64,000 nucleotides of DNA from Coleofasciculus sp. B1-GNL1-01 (GCA_040220235.1 JAVJTO010000070.1), one strand, 5' to 3'. Positions 1-10,890 are shown, numbered from the stretch's first letter. Notes: generated by a model not told the origin, from the letters alone. Translations and numbers: made by a program.

Positions 1-1478
1 ACTTTACCTAAAGCCGGATTATCGGCAGCCTCTTGGCGAAGAGTAAACGGGAGAAAGTTGAGGTGATTCAAATGGTTTAAATAGGGTCTCTTGTCCGGAT
101 TACTATTGACACAAAACTTAGACAATGAGCCGTTGCTCAAACAAACGATATTAATCAAACGCTGACCGATGCGGAATTCAAGCCGAGACCCCGGCATTCC
201 CACTCTAGCTTGATAAATTTCTAAGTTCATCGGCATTGCCACCGACGCAATTTGGAATAGAATCGCTAATGTGAAGATTCCCCGTAGTAGCCACACCTTT
301 ACCCCTTTAGCCGATAGAAGATGCTGGATAAACAGACCAGTCAGGGGAATAAGTAATAGGTGAACAGACGTCAGATGATACCTTGCCCCCCAAGCATTAT
401 CCCCGTGCCAGAAACCAAGACGACTGGTGAGAATGATATGGATACCTAAGTTGAGGATTCCCGTCACCAGATACCACTGTAGGTAGGGAGAAAGTCGCCG
501 CCAAAATCTGATGGCTAACACCAAGCCCGGTAGTAATAATGGATCATAGATAAAAAAACTTTTGGCTGGTGAAAAAAACACGCCCCAGAGTCCAGGATAT
601 CGATTGCTAGAAAACTCATCAGGCATGCCAATTTTAGCGGCATTCGACGAATTGGATTTGGGGTTGATTTGATGCAATAGTAAACCTTGTCCATGAGTCA
701 AAAAATTACCATAGCGAATGTAATCCAAAAGGCGTCCGAGGAACGCCAAGGGAATAAAACCGACAATCCACAATCCGATAACTTTGAGAACTTTGCGCGT
801 ATTCCGATTTTGATAAGCAGCACAGCCGAATAAGAACAAGACGACGGTTAACGCATGAATAGCACTGGTCACCCGGATCAGCATAGCCGCCCCCAGTGAT
901 AATCCACTCCAGATCAGAAAACGAGGATTTTGGCGTAGTAGAAAAGCCAGTGCATTAGCGTAACCGAGAGTGACAAACAGCAGGACTTGATTATTCTGGT
1001 GATGCACTTGAGAGTAATGCAAAACTGTTGTCCCCAGTAACCAAGCAATACTCGCTAAACCCGCGATTTGTTCTTCAAAGTTAAACAGTCTGAGCAACCA
1101 GAAACAAGAGACGACAACCGCCACATTTAAAGGGATAAAAATTAACAGACTGACAACTAAAGCTCGAAAATCCTTGGCGGGTAATATGGGGAACCATTGA
1201 TGAAGCTGAGTTCCCAACCAGTCACCCGGAAGCATCAGCATAGACTGTCCCGGTTCATAGGCGATGTAACGCTTACCCCCAACGCCGACGACTCCTAACC
1301 GGATGTCGGTTCGCCCTCTGGGTTTATAATCGGGAGCAACTTGTACTTCTTCGGTTCCTGTCCACCAACTATGAGCCATCTGCAACCTGAGTTCTGTATC
1401 TAGGACACCCAATGTTCCGGAGTTGATAACGGTAATCCATAAGAAGGCAATCAACGTTATCTTGGAAATCGTTTTCAT
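1..1478 (-). CDS. Polytopic membrane protein, GT-C/ArnT-like glycosyltransferase (3' end runs off the window)
   Basis: Not in the ORF track because it is truncated. ATG at 1478 with AGGAGG upstream; reads MKTISKITLIAFLWITVINSGTLGVLDTELRLQMAHSWW...YEPGQSMLMLP..., with many hydrophobic helices. Confidence 0.7.
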   Translation of the reverse strand, partial: MKTISKITLIAFLWITVINSGTLGVLDTELRLQMAHSWWTGTEEVQVAPDYKPRGRTDIRLGVVGVGGKRYIAYEPGQSMLMLPGDWLGTQLHQWFPILPAKDFRALVVSLLIFIPLNVAVVVSCFWLLRLFNFEEQIAGLASIAWLLGTTVLHYSQVHHQNNQVLLFVTLGYANALAFLLRQNPRFLIWSGLSLGAAMLIRVTSAIHALTVVLFLFGCAAYQNRNTRKVLKVIGLWIVGFIPLAFLGRLLDYIRYGNFLTHGQGLLLHQINPKSNSSNAAKIGMPDEFSSNRYPGLWGVFFSPAKSFFIYDPLLLPGLVLAIRFWRRLSPYLQWYLVTGILNLGIHIILTSRLGFWHGDNAWGARYHLTSVHLLLIPLTGLFIQHLLSAKGVKVWLLRGIFTLAILFQIASVAMPMNLEIYQARVGMPGSRLEFRIGQRLINIVCLSNGSLSKFCVNSNPDKRPYLNHLNHLNFLPFTLRQEAADNPALGK

Positions 1479-1584
1479 CTAGCCTCCTGGTTACCTGTTA
1501 CATGGTTGATGGTTCAAATTTTTGGGGAGATAGTCCCAAACAGGGTGCAATTAACGCTATAACTTGATTAGCATAACTTGATTA

Positions 1585-1647
1585 GCGATCGCTTCGCCGC
1601 CGTCTGGCTGAGAATTGTTGCCCTGTGTGTCTCCCTGCTGGCAACCT
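1585..1647 (+). repeat. Diverged copy of an internal piece (2354-2419) of the downstream membrane-protein gene, starting at a HIP1 site
   Basis: gcgatcgcttcgccgccgtctggctgagaattgttgccctgtgtgtctccctgctggcaacct versus gcgatcgcttcatcgccgccgtctggctgggaatcgttgtcctgtgcgtctctatgctagcaacct. Confidence 0.85.
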
Positions 1648-1840
1648 TTTTAAGCTTATTGTACTACAAAATACACGTCAAGTTGAAGTACAATATATGG
1701 GATACAAAACTATATACTATGTGAATCCGGCGCAATTTTATAGAATTGGAAGGATATTTAAAATGAAATTGGTAAAACCAAACGAATTTTGACCTTGTAC
1801 TGGACAAATCAAGTCAATCGATACTGGCAGGGGTAAACTG

Positions 1841-1891
1841 ATGAATGTTAAATATGATTCAGATGCAGATATTCTCATCTTTATTTTTGTC
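1841..1891 (+). pseudogene. DUF2283-like N-terminal remnant
   Basis: MNVKYDSDADILIFIF resembles the DUF2283 start (xKVxYDxEADILYI), after which the resemblance is lost. Confidence 0.4.
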
Positions 1892-2250
1892 AACTTAAGC
1901 CACAATCCTTGCCAATTATTGTTTCGAGCAGTTCGACACAAACTGATCGTATTGCTTCTCCCTAAGCTATTACAGGAGCAAGAGCAATCCGCAAGAACAT
2001 TCTCTTGCTTCCCCTGCTTCCCCTGCTTTTAGCGCTTAAGTTGACACCAATGGTCGCTGGATTATCTGGCATGGGGAAGCCTATTAATTTGATCGACTCG
2101 CCCTCATCGGTCATCTGGAAGCCTATAACAATGTGGCACTAGCAATAAAATTGCTACAATCCACGCGGTCTAATAACGTACCTTTTGGGCGTAAAGTAGA
2201 TAACAATGAGAAATAGCGATGATCGCGCTAGTCATGACTAGAGGTGCTGA

Positions 2251-3996
2251 ATGCTTTATTTTATGATTACCTGGCTTTTTCTGATTGGTGTTTGTTTCTC
2301 AATTGGCACAGCTATTTTGCATCGGTTGCAAGCCGATCGCATTGATCGCAGAGGCGATCGCTTCATCGCCGCCGTCTGGCTGGGAATCGTTGTCCTGTGC
2401 GTCTCTATGCTAGCAACCTCTCTGATTTTACCGTTATCTAGCGCCGTTGGCTTTGTCCTTGTCCTCGGTTTAGTCGCCCTATCTCTCCTGTCTCAGCCCA
2501 CCCGGCGTGAACTGGTGACATTTCGCTCAATTCTTTCTCCCAGCCTTATCGTTGGATTTATTACCTTAGAATTAATTATTGCCGCTTTTACCAGTCAAAA
2601 AATAGTCTGGTTTGACACCGGACTCTATCACTTTGGTTCTATGCGATGGATGTCTCAATTTGGCGCGGTTAATGGATTAGCACTAATTCATGGCAAGTTT
2701 GGCTTTACCTCCTCTTGGTTTGCTCTCGCCGCACCACTTACATCGCCAATTTTTGGCAGTCGAGTCAGTGCGATTACCAATGGTTTTGTCTTCCTTATCG
2801 CTATTTTACAATCTCTAATTACCCTCAACCAAATAGTCAGCCGGAAAGGACGCTTATCAGACTGGTTTTTATTAATATTTTCCGCTATTGCCATTCTCGT
2901 TTATACAGGAACCGCGTTTACGGGTTCACCGATCCTCATCTCATTTTCCCCTGATGTAACCGTAGCGTTTCTTATTGGCGTGACAGCCTGGTCAATTCTA
3001 GTTATTTCCCACAGCGCTCAATCTTCGTTACAGAATAATGATACCAAAACGCCTCTTGTCGATGCCAGAACCATTCCCCTAATTCTATCAGCCGGAGCCG
3101 TAACTGTTAAGCTTTCGGCGCTACCTCTGCTCCCCATAGGATTTCTTTTTTATCTGATGGGTAATCAGTTTAAACTCCAAATTAAGCGGCTCTTGACAGG
3201 CGGTGCTATTACTCTATTAATCCTATCACCCATGGTTTTATATAGCCTGACGACATCCGGATGTCCCCTGTATCCTTCAACTTTTATGTGCCTCGACCTG
3301 CCGTGGTCAGTTCCCATCGAGAAAGCCATGAAGGAAGCTAAACCCATCAATTTTTGGTGGGTGTTCTCGGATTCAGATGAGTCGGGATTGACGGCTATCG
3401 CGTTAGGTGTTTGGCGATGGTTAAAAGGCTCAATCAAGTCTCAAATAATGGCGTTTATTACAATTTTTGTTATTCTATTTTCTATTCCCATATTCAGACA
3501 ATTTAGAAAACATCTCAAATTAGGAACTGCTTGGATATTAATGTTAGGATTACTCGGCATTACTTTTATTATGCTGCAAAGTCCTTTAATCCGGTTTGGC
3601 TTGGGCTATTTTCTGCTTATTCCAGCTTTATTTGGGGCGATATATGGTAAACGTCTGTTTGAGAAAATTCCCTCTAAATTGACCCAGCCGCTGTTTCGAT
3701 TCACTCATACCCTAAAACAACCTCAAACAATCCTGTTGACTTCCCTATTTTTACTTGGTTTGACGACTGTTGGTCTGATTCAGGATAATGCTCAATCGCG
3801 GTTGATTTTACCTCCTCCCTTACCCAGCGTTAATCTAGTATCTGACCAAGTAAATGATGTTACGTATGTCTATCCAGCCAACTGGACAGTCCGATGCTGG
3901 GCATCTCCGTTACCCTGTTCAGCCGTACCGATTAAAAATATCAGGCTTCGCAACCCATCACGGGGAATTGGTGCTGGGTTTGTGTCTGTGAAATAA
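2251..3996 (+). CDS. Integral membrane protein (LIC_10190-like, GT-C-like)
   Basis: 581 aa with many TM helices; FDTGLYH..GLALIHGKFGFTSSWF, SGCPLYP and C-terminal CWASPLPC motifs. Confidence 0.75.
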   Translation: MLYFMITWLFLIGVCFSIGTAILHRLQADRIDRRGDRFIAAVWLGIVVLCVSMLATSLILPLSSAVGFVLVLGLVALSLLSQPTRRELVTFRSILSPSLIVGFITLELIIAAFTSQKIVWFDTGLYHFGSMRWMSQFGAVNGLALIHGKFGFTSSWFALAAPLTSPIFGSRVSAITNGFVFLIAILQSLITLNQIVSRKGRLSDWFLLIFSAIAILVYTGTAFTGSPILISFSPDVTVAFLIGVTAWSILVISHSAQSSLQNNDTKTPLVDARTIPLILSAGAVTVKLSALPLLPIGFLFYLMGNQFKLQIKRLLTGGAITLLILSPMVLYSLTTSGCPLYPSTFMCLDLPWSVPIEKAMKEAKPINFWWVFSDSDESGLTAIALGVWRWLKGSIKSQIMAFITIFVILFSIPIFRQFRKHLKLGTAWILMLGLLGITFIMLQSPLIRFGLGYFLLIPALFGAIYGKRLFEKIPSKLTQPLFRFTHTLKQPQTILLTSLFLLGLTTVGLIQDNAQSRLILPPPLPSVNLVSDQVNDVTYVYPANWTVRCWASPLPCSAVPIKNIRLRNPSRGIGAGFVSVK

Positions 3997-4123
3997 GTGC
4001 CTGAACATCAATTTTGTACGCTGTACTAAGAAATGTCAACAAGCCTCAAACCCTTACTGTTGCCTGTTGCCTGTTGCCTGTTCCCTAATCTCAACCGTTA
4101 ACTTTAATTTTGTCCGACTACTT

Positions 4124-5467
4124 ATGGCGACTTATCAAGACCGAGAAGCGTTTATTCCCTATCGTCGTAGCGATTTAATCGAACTGTGCATAGACGATGG
4201 ACAGTTACCTAACGAGAAGGTGCAACAGTTTCGGGATTTCTGTACTTTACTTTCCGCCTATTATCATTTTAAGTTTCATGCCTATTTGGAACGATTAAAG
4301 GATAATTATGATCCGTTCAACCCTGATGCGTTCAACCCGGATTCTGATACTCAATCGAGGATTGAACTCACTCCCGATAAATTAGCCGAACGCGAAGCGA
4401 ATGTGGTGACCGACTTTCAGACGATTCTTGAACGCGCCAATTATGTTCCCCTCTCTCCGAATAGTTTACAACGCGCCTTTAAAGAAAAGTCTTTAATTCA
4501 ACTGAAAACTGATGTTGATTTTGATGAATTTGACCAACTCGTCTGCTACTGTCGCGGAGATTATGAAAAAACAATTCAGGTAAAAAAGTTTTTAAAGAAA
4601 AAAGACAAAACAATAAATCTTTTTGAACGAGTTGTTTTATTGATTAAATTCAAAGACACCGATTATTTCAAACACAAAGGCGATGAACTAGATTCTCTCC
4701 AGTTCACACCAGGGAAAATGTATCTCTATTTTTACAAGAATATCCCTAAGTTTGACTTGGAACTCCTTTTCCCCAATATCAAAATTAGCATGACCTGGAA
4801 AGACCGCCTCTTCTTAATCGTTCCGGCTATTGGCGCTGCTATTCCAGTCATCTTGAGAGTTCTGCCTAAACTTCTTGTTGTGATTGCAGCTATTTTATTT
4901 TTTACCATGGGACCATCGGTTCTGGACACGATTCAGGCAAGTGAAGAGGAGGTGCGTGATATTATGCCCGTCCTCGTCGCTGTGTTATCGCTACTGGTGA
5001 CATTAGGGGGGTTTGCCTATAAGCAGTATAGCAATTATAAGAGTAAGCAGATTAAATTCCGCCAAACTGTGACCGAAACCCTGTTTTTTAAGAATATGGC
5101 AAATAATGCCAGCGTATTTCATGCCTTAATTGATGCGGCGGAAGAGGAGGAATGTAAAGAGATTATTCTAGTTTATTACCATCTTTTAATTAGCCAGAAT
5201 TCCCTAACTCCTGCCCAGTTGGATAACCGAATTGAAACTTGGATGGATAATAAGTTTGGCACCAAGATTGATTTTGATATCAATGGTCCAATTCAGAATT
5301 TAGAGAAGATCCGGGGTAAACTGATGCAAGATGGCAAAGATACGGCAAGTCTCCCGGAAATTCCGTTATTGACGAAAGATAAGCGAGGATGTTGTCAGGT
5401 TCTGCCTTTAGATGATGCTAAACGATTAATTGATTACATCTGGGATCATATCTTTCTCTACACCTGA
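4124..5467 (+). CDS. TMEM143/DUF3754 family protein
   Basis: REAFIPYRRSDL start, FKNIPKFDLELLFPN, two TM helices, LIDAAEEEECKEIILVYY. Confidence 0.85.
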   Translation: MATYQDREAFIPYRRSDLIELCIDDGQLPNEKVQQFRDFCTLLSAYYHFKFHAYLERLKDNYDPFNPDAFNPDSDTQSRIELTPDKLAEREANVVTDFQTILERANYVPLSPNSLQRAFKEKSLIQLKTDVDFDEFDQLVCYCRGDYEKTIQVKKFLKKKDKTINLFERVVLLIKFKDTDYFKHKGDELDSLQFTPGKMYLYFYKNIPKFDLELLFPNIKISMTWKDRLFLIVPAIGAAIPVILRVLPKLLVVIAAILFFTMGPSVLDTIQASEEEVRDIMPVLVAVLSLLVTLGGFAYKQYSNYKSKQIKFRQTVTETLFFKNMANNASVFHALIDAAEEEECKEIILVYYHLLISQNSLTPAQLDNRIETWMDNKFGTKIDFDINGPIQNLEKIRGKLMQDGKDTASLPEIPLLTKDKRGCCQVLPLDDAKRLIDYIWDHIFLYT

Positions 5468-5508
5468 ATCATTAAGCTTCGCTGAGGGAACAGGAAACAG
5501 GCAATAGG

Positions 5509-5580
5509 TTGAGTGTGGAACAAGTGGCGGAGGCATTAGGGTTTGAGGTGAAAGACGTGAGAGATTTCTGTCAAACGTAA
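5509..5580 (+). pseudogene. C-terminal remnant of an Rpn/PD-(D/E)XK family gene
   Basis: Reads LSVEQVAEALGFEVKDVRDFCQT*, the typical Rpn C-terminal helix-turn-helix tail, with no upstream gene body. Confidence 0.5.
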
Positions 5581-5821
5581 CTTTTGTTTCGGATCTTGCG
5601 ATTATCTGGTGGTATCGTTATAAAATAGGGTTATATACTGTACTTCGGTACTTCCACCTAATGCCTTATCTTACGCAAGAATCATGCCAAAAGAACATAG
5701 GACTTCTGTGCAGTTTACGGCTGAGGAGCGTGAAACACCACATATCAAACGGTTAGGTTTTAGATGCTTGTGTTATTTTTCCAATGCCCTTGTGTGATAC
5801 TGGAGAGCCTTAACAAACATC

Positions 5822-5891
5822 GGTGGGTTACGGCGGATTGTTCATTAAATGGTTATCGCTTCCGTTTAAATCCCGCCTAACCCACCCTACG
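5822..5891. repeat. REP-like palindromic element (second copy at 29544-29612)
   Basis: ggtgggttacggcg...cgcctaacccaccctacg arms occur at both loci. Confidence 0.8.
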
Positions 5892-5918
5892 TTACTACGT
5901 TACTTGTGTTCTGGTAAA

Positions 5919-6019
5919 CTGTTCGGCATTTAGACCTTCATGTTAACAATGGTGAAATCTTTGTAATGCGAGCCGGAAAGCTCGCTACTAATACCCAATT
6001 TAAATGCATGACAACTTAT
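5919..6019. repeat. Dispersed composite repeat (copy at 10966-11071; partial inverted copy at 17781-17812)
   Basis: ctgttcggcattta...gcgagc..gctcgct.ctaatacccaatttaaatgcatgaca.cttat is shared. Confidence 0.8.
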
Positions 6020-6115
6020 GGTAATCTTTACGCGATCGCATCCCATCCTCCACACGCTTCCTAACCCCTACCCAAAGAGTGCTACCCTAGAAAACACTGC
6101 CTCATATTCCCGACT

Positions 6116-8179
6116 ATGCCATCTTCTCACCAACCTCTGAACTACCCCACCACCCGCCAAGCTGATCAAGTAGACGACTATCATGGCACGAACGTCGCTG
6201 ATCCCTATCGCTGGTTAGAAGATCCCGACTCCGACGAAACCAAAGCCTGGGTAGAAGCACAAAATAAAGTCACCTTTGGCTATCTGGAAGACATCCCCCA
6301 ACGGGAATCCCTGAAACAGCGCATCACCAAACTCTGGAATTACGAAAAATATGGCATTCCCTATAAAGAAGGGAATCGCTACTTCTATTTCAAAAATGAT
6401 GGACTCCAGAACCAAAGCGTTCTCTACACCTTAACCTCTCTGGATGGAGAACCCAGAGTCCTGATTGATCCCAATACCCTCTCCGAAGACGGGACTATCG
6501 CCCTATCGGGTATCGCGATTAGTGACGATGGGAACCGCATGGCGTATGGTTTATCTACCTCCGGTTCCGACTGGCAAGAATGGAAAGTACGGGATGTGGA
6601 AACGGGAGACGATTTATCGGATCATCTTAAATGGGTGAAGTTTTCCGGTGCATCCTGGACAACGGATAATCAAGGCTTTTTCTATAGCCGCTATGATGAA
6701 CCCAATGATGCCACAAAATTAGAAGATGCTAATTATTATCACAAACTCTATTATCACAAACTCGGCACAGACCAATCCGATGATCTGTTAATTTACCATC
6801 GCCCTGACCAGAAGGAATGGATGTTTAATGGGTCGGTGACAGAAGATGGACATTATCTGATTATTTATGTCAGTCAAGGAACTGATCCCAAGAATCTGGT
6901 TTTCTACAAAGACTTACAAACTCCCGACTCTCCTATCGTCGAATTAATTTCAGAATTTGAAGCGAATTTCAGTCTGATTGACAATGACGGGTCAATCTTT
7001 TGGGTTCAAACTGACTTAGACGCACCACGAGGTCGGGTGATTGCCATTGATATTCATAACCCAGGGCGCGAGAACTGGCAAGAACTGATTCCCCAATCTG
7101 AAGAAACATTAGAAGATGTCGGTGTTCTGAATAACCAGTTTGTCGCCGATTACCTCAAAGATGCCCGTTCTTCGATTAAGATTTTTGACCTCAATGGTGC
7201 CTTTGTCCGAGAAGTGGAATTACCGGGAATTGGTTCAGCCGGGGGATTCGGCGGGAAGCGGTATGATACGGAAACCTTCTATGTATTTACCAGTTTCACC
7301 ACCCCAGCCACGATTTACCGCTACGATATGGTAACCGGGGAACGTTCCCTATTTCGCCAACCGACCGTAGACTTTGATCCGACTCAATACGAAACGCGAC
7401 AAGTGTTCTACCGGAGTAAAGATGGGACACAAGTGCCGATGTTTATTACCCACAAAAAGGGGTTGGCATTAGATGGCAATAATCCCACCTATCTCTATGG
7501 TTACGGTGGATTTAATATCTCCCTAACTCCCAGCTTTTCAATTAGTAATCTGGTGTGGATGGAGATGGGAGGCGTGTATGCGATTCCGAATCTCCGAGGC
7601 GGTGGAGAGTATGGCGAAGATTGGCATCAAGCGGGAACAAAGCTGAACAAGCAAAATGTGTTTGATGATTTTATTGCCGCAGCGGAATGGTTAATTGAGA
7701 ATAACTATACTCGCCCGCAAAAACTAGCAATCGGTGGCGGAAGTAATGGCGGTTTATTAGTCGGGGCTTGTATGACTCAGCGTCCCGATTTATTCCGTGC
7801 TGCCCTTCCTTCAGTTGGGGTTCTGGATATGCTGCGCTTCCATAAGTTTACGATTGGTTGGGCGTGGTGTTCTGATTTTGGTTCACCGGAAAATCTGGAG
7901 GAATTTAAGGCGCTTTATGCCTATTCTCCGTTACACAATCTCAAGCCAGGGACGGCTTATCCAGCTACATTAATTACGACGGCGGATCACGATGACCGCG
8001 TGGTTCCAGCCCATAGTTTCAAGTTTGCTGCAGCGTTACAAGCGGCACATGCTGGGGATAATCCGGTCTTAATTCGCATTGAAACTAAGGCGGGTCATGG
8101 TGCGGGAAAACCGACGGCTAAGATTATTGAAGAAATTGCCGATAAGTGGGCATTTTTGCAGCGAGTTATGGATGTCTAG
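6116..8179 (+). CDS. Prolyl oligopeptidase (S9A)
   Basis: DPYRWLED, catalytic GGSNGG, DHDDRV and AGHGAGK motifs. Confidence 0.97.
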   Translation: MPSSHQPLNYPTTRQADQVDDYHGTNVADPYRWLEDPDSDETKAWVEAQNKVTFGYLEDIPQRESLKQRITKLWNYEKYGIPYKEGNRYFYFKNDGLQNQSVLYTLTSLDGEPRVLIDPNTLSEDGTIALSGIAISDDGNRMAYGLSTSGSDWQEWKVRDVETGDDLSDHLKWVKFSGASWTTDNQGFFYSRYDEPNDATKLEDANYYHKLYYHKLGTDQSDDLLIYHRPDQKEWMFNGSVTEDGHYLIIYVSQGTDPKNLVFYKDLQTPDSPIVELISEFEANFSLIDNDGSIFWVQTDLDAPRGRVIAIDIHNPGRENWQELIPQSEETLEDVGVLNNQFVADYLKDARSSIKIFDLNGAFVREVELPGIGSAGGFGGKRYDTETFYVFTSFTTPATIYRYDMVTGERSLFRQPTVDFDPTQYETRQVFYRSKDGTQVPMFITHKKGLALDGNNPTYLYGYGGFNISLTPSFSISNLVWMEMGGVYAIPNLRGGGEYGEDWHQAGTKLNKQNVFDDFIAAAEWLIENNYTRPQKLAIGGGSNGGLLVGACMTQRPDLFRAALPSVGVLDMLRFHKFTIGWAWCSDFGSPENLEEFKALYAYSPLHNLKPGTAYPATLITTADHDDRVVPAHSFKFAAALQAAHAGDNPVLIRIETKAGHGAGKPTAKIIEEIADKWAFLQRVMDV

Positions 8180-8217
8180 TCCCGAATAACCAATGACGAA
8201 TGACCAATGACAAATGA

Positions 8218-8568
8218 TTAACAATAAGCACTGATATCTTCCCCACATTGGTCAGCCAAGTAGCAAAGGGCGCGAAAGCGAAGGCTAACAAATTCGTCGT
8301 AGAAAGGATTGAGTTTGCACAAGGGAGGAATGTGGGCAACCCGACGCCCAAAGAGGCAAATATCGCGTTCAAAAGGACATTGGGCGGGAATCATTTTGCA
8401 GAAGAATCTAGCTTTGGTGGGGTTGTGAATTTCGATGTTCTCTAACCATTGCTTGATGGTTTGCAGTGGCTTGATGGGTTGTTGGGGCGAGGTGGGAGGG
8501 GTGATGGGGTTTGTCTTGGCTTCAACAGGGGTAGAATTGATCAGTCCGTTTTGGTAGGTGGTATACAT
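8218..8568 (-). CDS. Mo-dependent nitrogenase C-terminal domain-like cyanobacterial protein
   Basis: CKMIPAQCPFERDI...HIPPLCKLNPFY...LRFRALCYLAD.CGEDISAYC. Confidence 0.9.
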   Translation of the reverse strand: MYTTYQNGLINSTPVEAKTNPITPPTSPQQPIKPLQTIKQWLENIEIHNPTKARFFCKMIPAQCPFERDICLFGRRVAHIPPLCKLNPFYDEFVSLRFRALCYLADQCGEDISAYC

Positions 8569-8702
8569 GGTTTGATTTGCTCCGTATGTGTGGTTTATTT
8601 GTCTCTATTCATAATTTAACCCAATTTAGCGACAGCACAAATATAAAAAACTATTATCATTGATTAGCTCTGCTTGTAGGCATCGTCCTGTTGGGGGCAG
8701 AT

Positions 8703-8778
8703 TGGCGGCGGGGGAAGCGGGGGAAGCGGGGGGAGCAGGGGAAGCAGGGGAAGCTGAGGGAGCAGGGGAAGCTGAGAG
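8703..8778 (+). repeat. Tandem 9-mer repeat GGGGAAGCN
   Basis: About 8 imperfect copies; a related inverse array lies at 2005-2028. Confidence 0.85.
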
Positions 8779-9250
8779 AGCAATGATACATTTTCCCTGA
8801 TAGCGGTGTAAGGGTATGAAAAAGTTTTACCTTATGTCCTTGAAGATGATCCAATTTCCATGTTACTCAAAGCCTTGATAGATAATGGTTTTGGAGTTGT
8901 GCAGTAAACCCTAAGTAGAAAATCTCCTATGAATTAAAAGTTGGGCGAGTCGCCAACTTTAAGTGTTTATAACTTTAAGTGTTTATATTTCCGTGGAATA
9001 TTGTACTGATCGCAACACTTTATAATAGTAGTTATTAAGCTAGGGTGCGCGATGATGATGTTAACGTTACCAGTACCTGTTGCTTGTCAGCGTTAGAACA
9101 CTGAGAACTACAGCTAAAAGATGATTCAGAATACCGGACTAGAGGCGACATGTTCTTGGTCAAATCTGGCGCTGTTGGCGTGGTAAAGGATTAAGTTTTG
9201 ATCCTTCGCTTCGCTCAAGAACAGGGTTTTGATAATAAGGATAATTCGCA

Positions 9251-9874
9251 ATGAGACAACTCTACAGCAAATCTTGGTTCATTGGCGCGATCGCGACTGG
9301 ATTAATGAGTACCTTGGCAACGTCTGTGCAAGCTCAGGATATCTTTGATAATCGGGCTGTGCAATTCCCAGAGGATACGATTGTGGAATTTGAATTCCTG
9401 CAATCTCATGGATCATACCAAGCCGCGTTTGGTGTACGGAATGAAACAACCGGAGAAGAAACGATTCTGTTTCAGGAAGTCAAACCCTATGATGCTTTTG
9501 GCACAAACCAGCCAATACAACCCTCTCGTGGTCAAAACGATCTGGGGACGCAAGCGGATTTTGTCGGAACAGTTGAGGGGGGAACGATATCAAATCAATT
9601 CAACGAGTTTATGTTTAAAGCCAATAACCGCTATGTTTTCTTTCTTGAATCGGTAAGTCCTACGGGTCAAACCCGACGCCGTATTGTTTCGACCCAAAAC
9701 TTGGCTCAGTTTAATGGTCGTTTGGACGGGGGAAGAAAGGGTAATATTACAGGAAGTCGCGTGTCTTGGGAAGATGGAGGACGGGTAGAGGTTGGCAATG
9801 ATGATGATTTCGATGATTTTGTGATTGAGGCAGGGGGATATTTAATTGATTTGAATTGTCCGCCGATTCGGTAA
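9251..9874 (+). CDS. Secreted protein with DUF4114-like acidic Ca-binding C-terminus
   Basis: Signal peptide ending VQA; WEDGG..NDDDFDDFVI motif. Confidence 0.65.
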   Translation: MRQLYSKSWFIGAIATGLMSTLATSVQAQDIFDNRAVQFPEDTIVEFEFLQSHGSYQAAFGVRNETTGEETILFQEVKPYDAFGTNQPIQPSRGQNDLGTQADFVGTVEGGTISNQFNEFMFKANNRYVFFLESVSPTGQTRRRIVSTQNLAQFNGRLDGGRKGNITGSRVSWEDGGRVEVGNDDDFDDFVIEAGGYLIDLNCPPIR

Positions 9875-10142
9875 TCTTAAGTTTATTTAACGGATGCCTG
9901 AGTGACGGTTCCAGATGTAGTCGGCTACCTCTGGAACGTCCCCATCTCCCTTATCCTCCTGAGAGAAGCGAAGGAACAGCGGTGCTGGGTACGTCACGAT
10001 CATTCCTGCACCCTGCACTCCCAAATTCAGCCAGATTGCGGAACTTGAGTGACCTGAAATCAGCCTTATGACGATATTTTGCCGCTCAGAGTAAATGTTA
10101 TAATACCTAAAAGCTAGAGAGCCATAGTAGGTATAGGTTGTT

Positions 10143-10526
10143 ATGAGTACAGTGTTAGTCGTAGAGGACGATCTCACCCAACAACATTTGCTCTCTAAGC
10201 TGCTTGAGCGTGTAGGGCTGACAGTGATTGTGGCTGGGGATGGCGTGGAGGCGCTGGAGAAAATTCAGCAATTTCACCCAAATTTGGTGATTTTGGATAT
10301 TGTCCTTCCCCGGATGAATGGCTATGAAGTCTGTCGTCGTCTGAAATCGGAACCTGAGACTGAGAATATTCCGGTGTTAATGTGTTCGGCGAAAAAAGAG
10401 GATTTTGACCGCTACTGGGGAATGAAGCAAGGCGCGGATGCTTACTTAGCCAAGCCTTGTCATCCCCAAGAAATTGTCGAGACTGTAAAGAAATTATTAA
10501 AGTCCCATCATCAAGCGGCAAGCTGA
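10143..10526 (+). CDS. Single-domain response regulator (PilH/CheY-like)
   Basis: VLVVEDD, LVILDIVLPRMNGYEVCR, DRYWGMKQGADAYLAKP. Confidence 0.95.
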   Translation: MSTVLVVEDDLTQQHLLSKLLERVGLTVIVAGDGVEALEKIQQFHPNLVILDIVLPRMNGYEVCRRLKSEPETENIPVLMCSAKKEDFDRYWGMKQGADAYLAKPCHPQEIVETVKKLLKSHHQAAS

Positions 10527-10692
10527 TGGGCAATCGTCATTCGTCATGGCTTGAGGAATATTTACAATTAACTAATTCTAGAACTTAACATTAAGTCAGG
10601 GCGGGTTTCGTCACATCTGGGAAGACAATGATAGGAGTAAAACCGCCCCAGAAAGAAGCGCCAGAAAGACGCGCCATGGCACATCTCTACAT

Positions 10693-10890
10693 TCAACACT
10701 CAAAACGTCCTAACCCCACAGATTGCAAAAGCCCTGCCAACACATCAGGATGAGTATGACGTAATTGTAGCGCGATAGCGAGTGACTCATGCCAAATTCC
10801 GGCTTCTGCATAGAGTTGGGCTTGCTGGAGGAAATCTCCTGTCTCCAACTGACTGACGGACTAATTCTGTGGCTAATTCTCGACGCTACT
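10693..10890 (-). pseudogene. DUF928 C-terminal fragment with frameshift
   Basis: Reads ELATELVRQ / LETGDFLQQAQLYAEAGIWHESLAIALQLRHTHPDVLAGLLQSVGL. A 4-nt CAGT duplication breaks the frame and the 5' part is absent. Confidence 0.75.

Noticed and set aside
5684..5756. MPKEHRTSVQFTAEERE as a transposase or RHH N-terminal remnant
   Set aside because: Too short to assign.
8218..8568. Evidence of a nitrogenase structural gene
   Set aside because: This domain family is widespread in cyanobacteria and is not NifH, NifD or NifK.
8657..8854. ORFs with FPCFPC/SFPC repeats, and similar ones at 42288-42518, 52282-52512 and 62764-63027
   Set aside because: They are translations of DNA repeats and REP elements.
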